A DNA stretch of 64,000 bases from Bdellovibrionales bacterium (GCA_965205945.1 CBDBIB010000001.1:352001-416000), one strand, 5' to 3'; positions 13,969 to 24,688 are shown, counted from the stretch's first letter. The notes: generated from the sequence alone by a model not told the origin. Translations and numbers: made by a program.

Positions 13969-14454
13969 TTATGCCGCTGCCGAGTCTGGGAGCAGTTTAG
14001 TAAGCCAAAGCTTCTCATTTGTTAAATCAAATCCCACTGCCTCAGCCCCATGAAGTATTGCAAAATACATTCTTCTTAACGCCCTAATTTCAGTAACCTC
14101 TTCTTTATTAAACTCAGAAAAAGCCTCTATTATGCTTAGTAAATCAGGTGTCGTAACAACGTTTGGTACTCTCTTTGGATCAACACCTTCAAACATAGCC
14201 GGCTTAAAACCCACTAATGATTCAGTTAACAAAATCTTTGAACCAGAAAAGAAATTTACTTGTAAAAAAGGCTTACCTGTAGAGTCATGTCTTTCTAAAA
14301 TCTCTTCTATACCATACCTTTTAATTTCTAAACTTTTACCATCAACACCTTGAGTAAGTTTGAGTACATCATCCCCTAAAAAACTAAGTTTTAATTCAGA
14401 TTTATTATTTAAAAAATCGATAATTACTTTAAAAGTATCTTGTTTTTTTCCCAT
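13969..14454 (-). CDS. Hypothetical protein
   Basis: ORF track 13969..14487; likely start at MGKKQ (14454). Confidence 0.75.
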   Translation of the reverse strand: MGKKQDTFKVIIDFLNNKSELKLSFLGDDVLKLTQGVDGKSLEIKRYGIEEILERHDSTGKPFLQVNFFSGSKILLTESLVGFKPAMFEGVDPKRVPNVVTTPDLLSIIEAFSEFNKEEVTEIRALRRMYFAILHGAEAVGFDLTNEKLWLTKLLPDSAAA

Positions 14455-14556
14455 ACAGTAAACATATCGTAATCTATTTATAAACAAGCAACCTTCCTTT
14501 AAAAACCTCGAATGAGGTCCTGTTTAATGGTGAGTCAATATACCCTCTCTCCCTCT

Positions 14557-14584
14557 ACATCGACTTATTCTGAGATATTTCTTA
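14557..14584 (-). promoter_or_regulatory. sigma28-like promoter
   Basis: TAAG-N16-GTCGATGT upstream of the hypothetical gene. Confidence 0.4.
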
Positions 14585-14673
14585 GATTAAGTGTTTTTAT
14601 TTTGTAAAGTCTGTGACTTTTCATTAATAATTCATTAATAATTAGAATCCATGCAAGTTAGAGGCGTTTTAAA

Positions 14674-14982
14674 ATGATAATTCAAAAATGGCAGGCTCCA
14701 GTAATACCAAATATAAATCAAATAAAAAAAATGTTTCTACTTGAAGGGCTTCAAGCCTTTTTAGAAGATCTACCTGAAAATACTAAAATCAAAGACCGTA
14801 TATTTCCATTTGATGAGGTAAGAATCATTGTATCCGGAGAGTTAATTTTAGAAATTGTTAGAAATAGAGTTCTTTTAAGGGAGGGTGATCGCGTCATGAT
14901 CCCTTCTAACACAGCTCACTCTATATCGACACATAAAGGCCCTTCACAGAGCCTTTATGCCAGAAAAGTTTTCTCATCTTAA
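14674..14982 (+). CDS. Cupin-domain protein
   Basis: FDEVRIIVSGEL...LLREGDRVMIPSNTAHS cupin motifs. Confidence 0.8.
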   Translation: MIIQKWQAPVIPNINQIKKMFLLEGLQAFLEDLPENTKIKDRIFPFDEVRIIVSGELILEIVRNRVLLREGDRVMIPSNTAHSISTHKGPSQSLYARKVFSS

Positions 14983-15004
14983 AAACGGGGCGCCTCACCT
15001 TTAA

Positions 15005-16762
15005 TTATAGCCTATTAACACCAGCACCTGAAGGTGCTGCTCTTTGCCTTGGAGGCACATGTGGGTTAGGCACTGCTCTATATATTGGTGGCCCACCAAC
15101 ACCTGCTGCCCCACCAGTGCTTAAATGTGCACCTACACCTATATTAATACCACCTGTTAAAACAGAAGAGCCTGGTGGAGGAAGTACACCTGAAGTACTT
15201 CCGCCGGAAATATAACCTCCACTCCCATAAACATTCGGTGCTGGGCCTAAAGCTGAAACTCCAGCACGGTATTGTTCAGTTAAAGCATTATACGAACTAG
15301 CATATGTATATTGACGAGACAATGCTGCTTGCTGAGCTTGAAGAGCTTGTAATTGTTGTTGCTGCTGCACCCGAAGGGCTGCTTGTTGCCGCTGACTTTC
15401 TGCTATTTGGGCCCTAATTTGTGCAGTACTTATGCTAGTCTGATAAGGAGCTCCTTGACCTCCATTATAAATGGCCTGACCATTTGGGCCAAGTATATAG
15501 CCTCCATTACCTCCATTTATTGTCGCCCCTGCTCCAACAGAAACACTACCACCACCCCTTCTTCCGCCCAAAGCACCATTTAAAACAGAAGGCAAGCCTG
15601 TCACTCCCCCTACTTGATGCCCAGAGAATACGCCTGAAGTAACCAATCCACCTCCAAACACAGAACTTCCTGAACAACCAAATGCACCCGTTCCAATAGC
15701 AGTATTTAAAATTACTGGAAGCCCCCCAATCATCACCGTTGCAAAGGTAAGACCACTTTTATCTGACATCATTGGAGTTGGATAACCTTTTTTATTATTG
15801 TCTGGATGAATAACATTTTTATAATGCTTATATGATTCACGCTCGCTTCGCATGGCAAAATAACCTGCAGCAGCTGTTATGCCACCAGCAAGTAGTGTTG
15901 GACCATACTTTTCAAACCACGACCTATTATCAATCATACAGTCTGCACAGACTGCCTTTTCTTGGTTATCAGAAGCAATTTCCACAGCCTCTTCAAGTTC
16001 ATCCTCTAAATCTTCAATTTGATCTTCTAACTCAGCAATCAAAGCCTTACTACTTAAGCAAAATGAATGCCTTCCACTAGGGTGAGTAATGGATCCCCTA
16101 AGACACTTACGACAAAGCCTTCTATCCTCCTTAGCAAAGTATAGCGATCCGTTTGAATCTTTCTTTCCTTCTGCTATTTTACAAAAGTCAACATGAATAG
16201 AACCATTAGGGCCTGCATATTTAGGACAACTTGGAACAAAGTCTGGGGCTGGCTTAATACGTTTCGGTGGCCTTACCTCCGAATTAGAATTACTTACCGG
16301 ATCCCCTGATACAAGTTCATCAGAGCTTCCAGATCTTCCATCTCCACCTGCAATGGTTCTTCCTTGAGTTATATTTCTTCCTTGATTATTAATTCTTTCC
16401 CAATTATTTATATTAGCCCAATAATTATATATAGATATATTTGTAAGCTTAGGGGTGCAGCTTCCACCACCAGCCATATGATTTGTGTAATCATTAAACT
16501 GCTCACTTGCAAGCGCACTTACAAAAAATTTAAGGCTCTTTGTACACCTTACACAATCAATTCTTTTTATTTTATTTTCTAATTTTCTTTTTTTATCTTT
16601 TGCTTGCTTTAATTTAACCTCAATATTAATCACAGATTGAGGTTTATATAACCTTGCCGGGCTGGCGTTATAGGCACAGTAATTATCAGGCAACCCTGAA
16701 CCAGGAGATGCCCAGGATGGCACAATCATAAGCAAAGACAAAATAAATGTTAGAATTCTCAA
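15005..16762 (-). CDS. Secreted Cys-rich/coiled-coil/Gly-rich hypothetical protein
   Basis: ORF track to 16804; TTG at 16762 after GGAGG gives signal peptide MRILTFILSLLMIVPSWA. Confidence 0.8.
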   Translation of the reverse strand: MRILTFILSLLMIVPSWASPGSGLPDNYCAYNASPARLYKPQSVINIEVKLKQAKDKKRKLENKIKRIDCVRCTKSLKFFVSALASEQFNDYTNHMAGGGSCTPKLTNISIYNYWANINNWERINNQGRNITQGRTIAGGDGRSGSSDELVSGDPVSNSNSEVRPPKRIKPAPDFVPSCPKYAGPNGSIHVDFCKIAEGKKDSNGSLYFAKEDRRLCRKCLRGSITHPSGRHSFCLSSKALIAELEDQIEDLEDELEEAVEIASDNQEKAVCADCMIDNRSWFEKYGPTLLAGGITAAAGYFAMRSERESYKHYKNVIHPDNNKKGYPTPMMSDKSGLTFATVMIGGLPVILNTAIGTGAFGCSGSSVFGGGLVTSGVFSGHQVGGVTGLPSVLNGALGGRRGGGSVSVGAGATINGGNGGYILGPNGQAIYNGGQGAPYQTSISTAQIRAQIAESQRQQAALRVQQQQQLQALQAQQAALSRQYTYASSYNALTEQYRAGVSALGPAPNVYGSGGYISGGSTSGVLPPPGSSVLTGGINIGVGAHLSTGGAAGVGGPPIYRAVPNPHVPPRQRAAPSGAGVNRL

Positions 16763-16800
16763 AGAGCTCCTCCCTGTAAAATTATTAAACTCATATATCA

Positions 16801-16828
16801 ACATCGGAGAAAGTATCTAAAAACTTTA
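16801..16828 (-). promoter_or_regulatory. sigma28-like promoter
   Basis: TAAA-GTTTTTAGATACTTTC-TCCGATGT, with an extended TAAAGTTT -35. Confidence 0.55.
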
Positions 16829-16910
16829 CACCACCAACCACTTAGCCGGAATAAAACGCGACTAATGGCTATAGTTGAAGACATTATAGTTACTGCTAAT
16901 ATGTATTATC

Positions 16911-17909
16911 ATGACTCCAAGCTTACTTTATATTGACGATGAAAATGAAAACTTAAAAGTATTTCAACGAATATTTAAAAAAAACTTTAAAATATATACA
17001 GCCTTAAGTGGAGAAGAGGGTTTAAATATTTTTGAACAACACCCTGAAATATCATTACTAGCCAGTGATCAACGTATGCCTGAAATGAGTGGCATTGATT
17101 TTCTAAATGCTTGTAAGCAGATAAATCCTAACCCTATAAGAATTTTAATCACCGGTTATGCAGATTTAGAGTCTACAATACATGCAATAAATGAAGCCGA
17201 AATTTACAGATTCATAAAAAAACCTTGGGAAAAATTAGATCTCTTACAAACATTAAATGAAGCACAAAGACGTTTTGAGCTTGAAAAAGAGATCCGAAGT
17301 CTTGATGAGCTTAAAAACAGATTCATGATTCTTGTAAATCATGAACTAAAAACACCTCTTACAATTCAACGTTCTTATTTAGAGCTTTTAAAAAAAAGTA
17401 CTCTAGACAAAGAACAATCTTTGTATCTAAAAAAATCTCTTTTAGGCTCAAATAGACTTGAAACTCTAATTTCTGAAATACTATATTTTTTAAAAGTACA
17501 AAAAGAAAATCTACTCGATACCCAAGAGACCTTTAAATTAAGCCAGGCCACAGGAATTCAAAGTTTAATAGAAACTTTTATTAAAACAAATAAAATCTAT
17601 TTTTGTGACGCCATAAAAAGATTAATTCAAAATGCAGAAACTCACAAAATTAAAAATTCTAATGTGACTATTAAGCAAAAAACTCATTACCTCATCATTC
17701 AAAATTCTATAAAAAAACCTCTAAATTTAGAATTAATTATAAAACCTTTTGAAATAAATGAAGACGCCTTTAATCATACAAAAGGATTAGGCTTAGGACT
17801 GTCCATAGCTTCACTAATTCTTAGTAAACTTGGTTTTCCAATGCATGTTCAATCTAACAACAGTATTTTTAAAGTTTCTGTGGATTTATCCGAAAAACAA
17901 TCCTCATAG
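16911..17909 (+). CDS. Hybrid receiver / histidine kinase (REC-HisKA-degenerate HATPase)
   Basis: YIDDE, SDQRMP, ITGY, KKPW receiver; NHELKTPL H-box; GLGLGL G2 box. Confidence 0.85.
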   Translation: MTPSLLYIDDENENLKVFQRIFKKNFKIYTALSGEEGLNIFEQHPEISLLASDQRMPEMSGIDFLNACKQINPNPIRILITGYADLESTIHAINEAEIYRFIKKPWEKLDLLQTLNEAQRRFELEKEIRSLDELKNRFMILVNHELKTPLTIQRSYLELLKKSTLDKEQSLYLKKSLLGSNRLETLISEILYFLKVQKENLLDTQETFKLSQATGIQSLIETFIKTNKIYFCDAIKRLIQNAETHKIKNSNVTIKQKTHYLIIQNSIKKPLNLELIIKPFEINEDAFNHTKGLGLGLSIASLILSKLGFPMHVQSNNSIFKVSVDLSEKQSS

Positions 17910-17959
17910 GTAACCTTAAATCTTTTTAAATCTACATCAACTTTGCTTTTAATTTTTAG

Positions 17960-19003
17960 ATGATCTGTTTTATAAAAATACTATTATACCTTTTTATATC
18001 AAAGACGTGGGCTCTTACAGCTATACAGGTAGGGAGCAAATACTCATTAAACCATAGTAAATCCTATCATTTTTCATCAAAAAAACTTATCTCCACACAT
18101 ATAAACTCTAAAAATCCATTTATCATTGGGCTTAAAATCGGAGATTTAACCTTTAAAGAAAATACAAAAACAAAACGAGTTCTTATATTAAGTAAAAAAC
18201 AGCTTACCTTCTTTAAAAATACAAATTTTATTATTAAAAGCTCTCCATTTCTACAATGGAAAATTAAAGATAAAAAACTCTTAATTGTTGGTAACAGCAG
18301 GCCTGAAGAATTTGTTATTCTTTTAAAACACTGTTCTTTAAAAAAACTAACTTCTGTGGCTATACTTACAAACTCTAATTCTAACCCTTATTCAAATGAG
18401 GAACGAAACTGCCTATTTTTAAAAAAAAATTTTAAAATTGAGCTCGCTTTTTTAAATGAAAACACTTTATCTGGGAGTACTTTTGGCCTGGGTATTCCGT
18501 CTGAACTTTTGTGGTCTTTAAGACCTAAAGTTCAATTTGGAGATATTATGGGAGGCACACAAGCTCAGTCTAAAAAAAACCAATCAAAAGGACATAGTTT
18601 TTTCACCACTTTAATAGAAAGCAACGAGCCTTTAGTTTTTGAATCTGGAGCAGAAATACTTATAAAATCTTCCGGACTTTTTAATAATCAAAAAAATGAA
18701 TGGAAAAAGGCCACTTCAAATATTCGGCTAAGTATTTTAGAAAGTACAAATAATTTTATTAAAGCAAACTTTAAAATCAATAAAACTAACCAAACTGCAA
18801 ACAGCAATATATTTAACATAGAAAAATTTGAACAATCAAATACTCTTAAATTAAAACAATGGGTACATATCTTTACATTTAGACAAAATAACCAAGACAT
18901 GTCTAAAAACAAATTCCTTAATTTAAGCCTTTTAGGAATTCGAAGTAAAAATAAAAGCAATACTAATAAGCAGTTCTGGGTAAGGATTTCTCAAAGTGAT
19001 TGA
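17960..19003 (+). CDS. Putative divergent CpaC/RcpA-like (Tad) secretin
   Basis: Signal peptide; beta-strand-rich C-terminal half (LVFESGAEI); overlaps the CpaF gene start. Assignment rests mainly on context. Confidence 0.45.
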   Translation: MICFIKILLYLFISKTWALTAIQVGSKYSLNHSKSYHFSSKKLISTHINSKNPFIIGLKIGDLTFKENTKTKRVLILSKKQLTFFKNTNFIIKSSPFLQWKIKDKKLLIVGNSRPEEFVILLKHCSLKKLTSVAILTNSNSNPYSNEERNCLFLKKNFKIELAFLNENTLSGSTFGLGIPSELLWSLRPKVQFGDIMGGTQAQSKKNQSKGHSFFTTLIESNEPLVFESGAEILIKSSGLFNNQKNEWKKATSNIRLSILESTNNFIKANFKINKTNQTANSNIFNIEKFEQSNTLKLKQWVHIFTFRQNNQDMSKNKFLNLSLLGIRSKNKSNTNKQFWVRISQSD

Positions 19004-19931
19004 ACCTATTTTAAAAGACCCCTTAATTACAGAAATTATAATTCAGAATAACGACGATCTTATCATTGAAAAAAATGGTGAACTTATAAGCTCAAAGTGG
19101 GAACCTTGCGATTATAAAAATGAACTTATCAATAAAATTATTCAAGCTCTCCCTAAAGCACCCAACTACGAACACCCCATAGCCTCTGGAATTTGGAGAA
19201 ACTTTAGAGTACAGATCATCAACGCTCCCATTGTAAGTACCAACCCCATTATACAACTAAGACGCCTTGCAAATGAATCTGATTTTAGAAAACTTCACCC
19301 TAAACAGTGGTCAACTAATAAAAACATCATTGATATTTTAAAAAAAAAGTTCTACCTTAAACGTGAAAATTTCTTAATCGTGGGCCCTACAGGATGTGGT
19401 AAAACAACCCTTCTTAAAGCACTCCTTTCAAACTACTGTAAAAGTGAACGTGTTCTTTGTATTGAAGACACCCCTGAGCTTCCATTGATCAATGAGTTTT
19501 CATGTAATTTAAAAACATACACTTCATCTAGTGAAGAAATTAAAGATGTTTCCTTAAATGACCTTGTTAAAGCCAGCCTTCGAATGAGACCAGATAGGAT
19601 CATAATGGGAGAAATGAGGGGTGAGGAGGCCTCTAGTTTTTTACTTATGCTATCAACAGGCCATAGAGGAAGCGGTGCAACTCTCCATGCTTACACCTCT
19701 GAAGATGCACTTTATAGACTTGAAATGCTTATTCAAATGGGAAGTTCTTGGTCTTTAAAAACCGTAAGGCGGCTCATTCGCACATCCCTTCATTACATTA
19801 TAGTTCTAAATAAAAAACCACAAACTGGGGAGCGCTACATCAAAGAAATCTCTGAAATTGCAGGCCTTGAAGATAATGGTTTTTTACTTCATCACCTACA
19901 CAACACTAATAATGAACCCATAAACTACTAA
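18996..19931 (+). CDS. CpaF/TadA/VirB11-family secretion ATPase
   Basis: GPTGCGKTT Walker A; IEDTPEL; LRMRPDRIIMGEMRG; TGHRGSGATLHA. Confidence 0.9.
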   Translation: MIEPILKDPLITEIIIQNNDDLIIEKNGELISSKWEPCDYKNELINKIIQALPKAPNYEHPIASGIWRNFRVQIINAPIVSTNPIIQLRRLANESDFRKLHPKQWSTNKNIIDILKKKFYLKRENFLIVGPTGCGKTTLLKALLSNYCKSERVLCIEDTPELPLINEFSCNLKTYTSSSEEIKDVSLNDLVKASLRMRPDRIIMGEMRGEEASSFLLMLSTGHRGSGATLHAYTSEDALYRLEMLIQMGSSWSLKTVRRLIRTSLHYIIVLNKKPQTGERYIKEISEIAGLEDNGFLLHHLHNTNNEPINY

Positions 19932-19984
19932 ATAGATTAACCTTTATTTTAAATTTTCATTAAAAAGTAATTTTTTATTCCTAC

Positions 19985-21682
19985 CTAAGGTTGAATAAGT
20001 TGAGTTGCATGAGTCAAACCAGCCTTTGTAATACTCTCACCAGATATAAGTCTAGCAATCTCAGCAATTCGTTCCTCACTATTTAACGAAACTAAGTTAG
20101 TTTGATGACCATTTGTGCCTGAAGTTTTCTCAATTAAGAAGTGATGTTCTCCAAGAGCTGCCACCTGAGGTAAATGTGTGATTGTAATAACTTGTTGACC
20201 TACTGCAAGTGCTCTAAGTTTTCTTCCAATCTTTTCAGCCGTTGGACCACTAACACCGGCATCAATCTCATCAAAAAGATATGTTCTTGGAACTTCTTGA
20301 TTTTCAAGTGCCCCTTTAACAGCTAACAATAACCTACTAAGCTCACCACCACTGGCAGCTTTTTTAATGGATCTTTCTTGAGCTCCATTTCTTGAATGAG
20401 ACAACCAAAAAGATATGCTCTCTTCTCCGCACTCTATGGAGGTGGTTTTTTCCAATTTAATTTTAAAAACAATATCTTTCATATTTAAATCTTTAAGATT
20501 CGTGTTCACAAGTTTTTCAAATCTACTTTTATGTGAAATTCTAGATTCTGTTAATTTTTTTAATAACGGAAAAAGATTTTTATTTATTTCACTTAGTTCA
20601 TTTTGAGTTCTTAACCTATGTTTATCAATTTGTTCAAGATCTAATCGCTGAGCAGATAAGTTATTAAAGATATTTGTAAGCCCTTTAGCATCAGTGTTAT
20701 ATTTTCTAAATAGATGTTCATAAACCCTAAGTCTATCTTTAATCTTTTCAAAAGAGATTTCATCACGACTTTCAAATTGAGCATTTCTAAAACCCCGAAA
20801 GGTTAAAGCCGCGGCTTCAATAACTTGAACAGTCTCATCTAAAGATTTTGACACATCTTTAAGTTGAGTAAAGTCATCACTTACTTTACTAATTTCACTC
20901 ATAAGACTGTAGAGCTGAGACAGTACTGAGTTGTCATTATTGTTTAAAATATCTTCTCCAGAAAAAATAACTTCTTTAAATTTTTCAATTTTAAATTGCT
21001 TTTTTTTGCTCTCTTTAAGCCCCTCATACTCGTTAAGCTGTGGAGAAAACTCCTCAAGCTCAGAAAGTTGAAAGTTTAAAAAGTCAATTTTTTGTAAACG
21101 ATCAGCATCAGATTGGTTAATAACATCTAGTTGGTGCTCTTTTTCTTTTTGAAGAGCATAAAATTTAGAAATTTTAAAACGTAGATCTTTATTTCTACAA
21201 AAAATATCATACAGATTTCTCTGATAAAAGGGGTTTTGTAGATTTTTGTTATCATGCTGATTTGTAAGTTCAACTAAAGGCTCTGACTTTGTTGAAAGTT
21301 CAACTAAGGGGGCTACTATTTTTTTAAGATCAGATACTGTTGCAAGAGAGCCATTAATATAAGTCTTAGACTTACCCTTTGCGTTAATAATTCTTCTAAC
21401 AAGTAAAAAACCTTCTTCATTTCCCGTATAACTAAGAGTTTGTAGTTTTTTATAAAGATCAGATCTATTTAAGATTGAAAATAACCCTTCAACAAGTGTT
21501 TCTGTAGAAAAATCCCCAATAATATCAGACCCTGCCTTTCCTCCCATAAGAAGGTGAAGAGATTTAAGAATAAGTGTTTTCCCAGCCCCTGTTTCTCCCG
21601 TGATAACATTTAACCCCGATTCAAAATGAACGCTTAAATCTTTAATAAGGGCAAAGTTTTTTACTCTTAATTCTGTTAACAT
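19985..21682 (-). CDS. recN: DNA repair protein RecN
   Basis: ITGETGAGKT, ASGGELSR, FDEIDAGVSG, ITHLPQVAA; downstream of nadK. Confidence 0.95.
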   Translation of the reverse strand: MLTELRVKNFALIKDLSVHFESGLNVITGETGAGKTLILKSLHLLMGGKAGSDIIGDFSTETLVEGLFSILNRSDLYKKLQTLSYTGNEEGFLLVRRIINAKGKSKTYINGSLATVSDLKKIVAPLVELSTKSEPLVELTNQHDNKNLQNPFYQRNLYDIFCRNKDLRFKISKFYALQKEKEHQLDVINQSDADRLQKIDFLNFQLSELEEFSPQLNEYEGLKESKKKQFKIEKFKEVIFSGEDILNNNDNSVLSQLYSLMSEISKVSDDFTQLKDVSKSLDETVQVIEAAALTFRGFRNAQFESRDEISFEKIKDRLRVYEHLFRKYNTDAKGLTNIFNNLSAQRLDLEQIDKHRLRTQNELSEINKNLFPLLKKLTESRISHKSRFEKLVNTNLKDLNMKDIVFKIKLEKTTSIECGEESISFWLSHSRNGAQERSIKKAASGGELSRLLLAVKGALENQEVPRTYLFDEIDAGVSGPTAEKIGRKLRALAVGQQVITITHLPQVAALGEHHFLIEKTSGTNGHQTNLVSLNSEERIAEIARLISGESITKAGLTHATQLIQP

Positions 21683-22527
21683 TATGACCTTTCTCCAAAT
21701 TTAAGTTTTTCTTTTAAAAGATCAAAATAATTGTGAAATGGATCTTTTAAAACAAGAAGGCTTTTGTTTGATTTTTTAAGTATAACTTCAAAGTCAGGAT
21801 CAATATCCTGTATGCTTTGTCCATCAATATTTAATTGAGCATTTTGATCACCTTTAGCAAGTTGTAGTCTAATTTCATGATGGTCAGGCAGCACTATTGG
21901 ACGAGAAGTTAAACTATGTGGACAAACAGGTGTTATAATAAAAGCCTTTGTATTAGGGAATAAAATAGGCCCTCCTGCTGCAAGATTATAAGCTGTACTT
22001 CCTGTTGCAGTTGAGACAATCAGACCGTCGGCTTTAAGATCTGAAACTAAGTGATTTTGCGAAAATATTTTAATACGGACTAATTGTGACCTTAAGCCTC
22101 TTTCAATAACAATGTCGTTTAAACATTTATAAGTTTTAAGAGGCTCTCCTTTAGAAAGGATAGTGGCTTCTAAAAGAGTACGTTTATAACTCTTAAGTTG
22201 ATTTTTTAAAACCTTATCCATAAGAGAATAGATTTCATCACTCTTATTATCAGTCAAAAATCCAAGGGACCCTAAATTTACACCAACTAAAGGAATATCT
22301 AAATTCACAAGAGCTCTGGATGCAGCAAGGTAAGTCCCATCTCCACCCAGAACTAAAACAGTCTGAGGAGGAGGAGAAACTTTAGAAAAACAACCCTCTG
22401 TAAGTTTAAAAGAAGAAAATCTATGTACAGATTTGATTTTCTTACTTTTTAAATAGGTTGTGAGTTCTTCTGAAAGGGTAAATGCTTCTAAAGAGTCTGT
22501 TCGGTATACAAGTGCAATAGATTTCAT
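21682..22527 (-). CDS. nadK: NAD kinase
   Basis: LGGDGT, NLGSLGFL, LND, DGLIVSTATGSTAY. Confidence 0.95.
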   Translation of the reverse strand: MKSIALVYRTDSLEAFTLSEELTTYLKSKKIKSVHRFSSFKLTEGCFSKVSPPPQTVLVLGGDGTYLAASRALVNLDIPLVGVNLGSLGFLTDNKSDEIYSLMDKVLKNQLKSYKRTLLEATILSKGEPLKTYKCLNDIVIERGLRSQLVRIKIFSQNHLVSDLKADGLIVSTATGSTAYNLAAGGPILFPNTKAFIITPVCPHSLTSRPIVLPDHHEIRLQLAKGDQNAQLNIDGQSIQDIDPDFEVILKKSNKSLLVLKDPFHNYFDLLKEKLKFGERS

Positions 22528-22551
22528 ATTAGATCCTTGTTAAATAAATAT

Positions 22552-24585
22552 TTAAATAAGTTGATCTCTTTTAAGTAAAGCATTTACACAAGGCTTACGT
22601 CCACGAAACTTAATGTAGAGCTTTTCAGGATGCTCAGTGCCTCCTCGTTCTAAAACATATTTTTTAAAAGCTTTTGCTACGTCAGGATTAAAAACCCCTT
22701 TTTCTTGAAAATATTCAAAAGCATCTGCATCTAAAACCTCTGCCCATTTGTAGCTATAATAACCTGCTGAGTATCCACCAGAAAAAATATGTCCAAAAGA
22801 ACATGAAAAGCTTGTTCCTTCAACTTTATCTAAAAGTTTTAAATCTTTTTCTACTTCAAATTCAAAATCAAAAATATTTGTAATTTCACCAGGATCAACA
22901 GTGTGCCATTTCATATCAAGTAAACTAAAAACAAGCTGTCGAACATTTCTATAACCAGTTTGAAAAGCTTGGGCATTTTTAAGTTTTTTAATAAGCTCTT
23001 TAGGTATAACTTTTTTAGTTTTGTAATGGTGAGCAAACAGGTTTAAAGACTCCTCTTCTAAAGTCCAATTTTCCATAATTTGTGACGGCAACTCCACAAA
23101 ATCCCAGTAAACGCTTGTTCCAGATAAAGATCTATAGGTGCACTGTGAAAAAAGATCATGTAAAGCATGGCCAAACTCATGAAACAAAGTTCTAACTTCA
23201 TTGTACGTGAGTAAAGAAGGTTTGTTTAAAGTAGGTTTTGTAAAGTTACACACAATACTTACGTGTGGGCGTCTAAGTTTATTTTTAAAAAGACCTTGCG
23301 ATCTAAATTTAGTGCACCACGCACCGGATCTCTTTGATTCTCTTGGGAAAAAATCTGTATAAAAAATACCAATAAAATCATCTCCACTATGTACTTTAAA
23401 AGTTCTAACATCTTCATGGTATTTAGACACATTAAAAGTTTCTTTAAATGTAACACCATAAAGCTTCTTTGCATGAAGAAAAGCCCCATCTAAAACCTTT
23501 TCTAAAGAAAAGTAAGGCTTTGTTTCTTCATCACTAATATTATATTTTTTTTGTCTCAATTTTTCAGAATAATACGCAAAATCCCAAGGCTTAAATTCTG
23601 TAAGACCGTCTACCTCATTAGCAAAAGCTTTAACTTCTTTAACTTCTTTTTTTGCTTTATCAAAGCTATACTTTTTTAAATTCTGTAAAAATTCATAAAC
23701 ATTTACAGAGTTCTTAGCCATTCGATCCTCTAAAACATACTCTGCATAATTATTAAAGCCTAGAAGTTTAGCTTTTTCATAGCGCAATTTCACAATCTTT
23801 AAAACATTTTCTTGATTTGAAAACTTTCCTTCCACAGCTTTTGTTGCATTTGCAATATAAAAAAATTTTCTAATCTCTCTATTTAAATTGTACTTCATCA
23901 TTGAGATTAAGCTTGGATACTGCAATGAAAAAGCATAGGTTCCTTGAGGAAGTTTTTTTTTCTTGGCCTCATCTTTTGCTGCTTCTACTGCTGATTCAGG
24001 TAGCCCCTTAAGATCATTTTTATTTATAGTACTCCATTTAAAAGAATTTGTAGCAGATAAAATATTTTTAGAAAATCTTGGAGATAAAATAGAAAGTTTA
24101 GAGTCTATTTTAACAAGTTTTTTTTTGTCTTTTTCATTAAGATTTGCACCATTTTTTATAAAAGCCTTATAACTTTTTTTTAAAAGCATTTTTTGTTCTA
24201 AATTTAATTTGTTAGACTTATAATCATTATCATAAACTGCCTTAACTCTTTTAAAAAGACCCGGGTTAAGTAAAATTTCATTTGAATGATTAGCTAGAAT
24301 TGAAGAAAACTTTTCAACTACGTTTTGAATGTCATCGTTTGTATGCCCGCTAAAAAGAGAAAATAAAATTAAAAGAACTGATTCAAGATTTTCATCGGCA
24401 GCTTCTAAGGCTAACAGTGTGTTTTTAAAAGTAGGGGCCTTCGTATTAGCAACAATTGCTTTGATATTTTCTTTAGCCTCATTAATACCTTTAACAATTG
24501 CAGCTTCAAGCTCTTTAATGTCTAAATGAGCAAAATTAAATGTTTCAAATTCATTATCAGGTATCTTAAAGTATTTATGCCCCAC
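22552..24585 (-). CDS. M3-family metallopeptidase (Dcp/oligopeptidase A-like)
   Basis: LFHEFGHALH, DFVELPSQIMENW, GYSAGYYSYKWAEVLDADAF. Confidence 0.93.
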   Translation of the reverse strand: MGHKYFKIPDNEFETFNFAHLDIKELEAAIVKGINEAKENIKAIVANTKAPTFKNTLLALEAADENLESVLLILFSLFSGHTNDDIQNVVEKFSSILANHSNEILLNPGLFKRVKAVYDNDYKSNKLNLEQKMLLKKSYKAFIKNGANLNEKDKKKLVKIDSKLSILSPRFSKNILSATNSFKWSTINKNDLKGLPESAVEAAKDEAKKKKLPQGTYAFSLQYPSLISMMKYNLNREIRKFFYIANATKAVEGKFSNQENVLKIVKLRYEKAKLLGFNNYAEYVLEDRMAKNSVNVYEFLQNLKKYSFDKAKKEVKEVKAFANEVDGLTEFKPWDFAYYSEKLRQKKYNISDEETKPYFSLEKVLDGAFLHAKKLYGVTFKETFNVSKYHEDVRTFKVHSGDDFIGIFYTDFFPRESKRSGAWCTKFRSQGLFKNKLRRPHVSIVCNFTKPTLNKPSLLTYNEVRTLFHEFGHALHDLFSQCTYRSLSGTSVYWDFVELPSQIMENWTLEEESLNLFAHHYKTKKVIPKELIKKLKNAQAFQTGYRNVRQLVFSLLDMKWHTVDPGEITNIFDFEFEVEKDLKLLDKVEGTSFSCSFGHIFSGGYSAGYYSYKWAEVLDADAFEYFQEKGVFNPDVAKAFKKYVLERGGTEHPEKLYIKFRGRKPCVNALLKRDQLI

Positions 24586-24688
24586 AGGTTTCTCCAGTCT
24601 TGATATGATGGAAAAACCTTAACATAAGCTCTTTATTTACGTCAGGGATAGGTCTTAAATTGAAGCTCTGTATAAAAAAAAGCTATTG

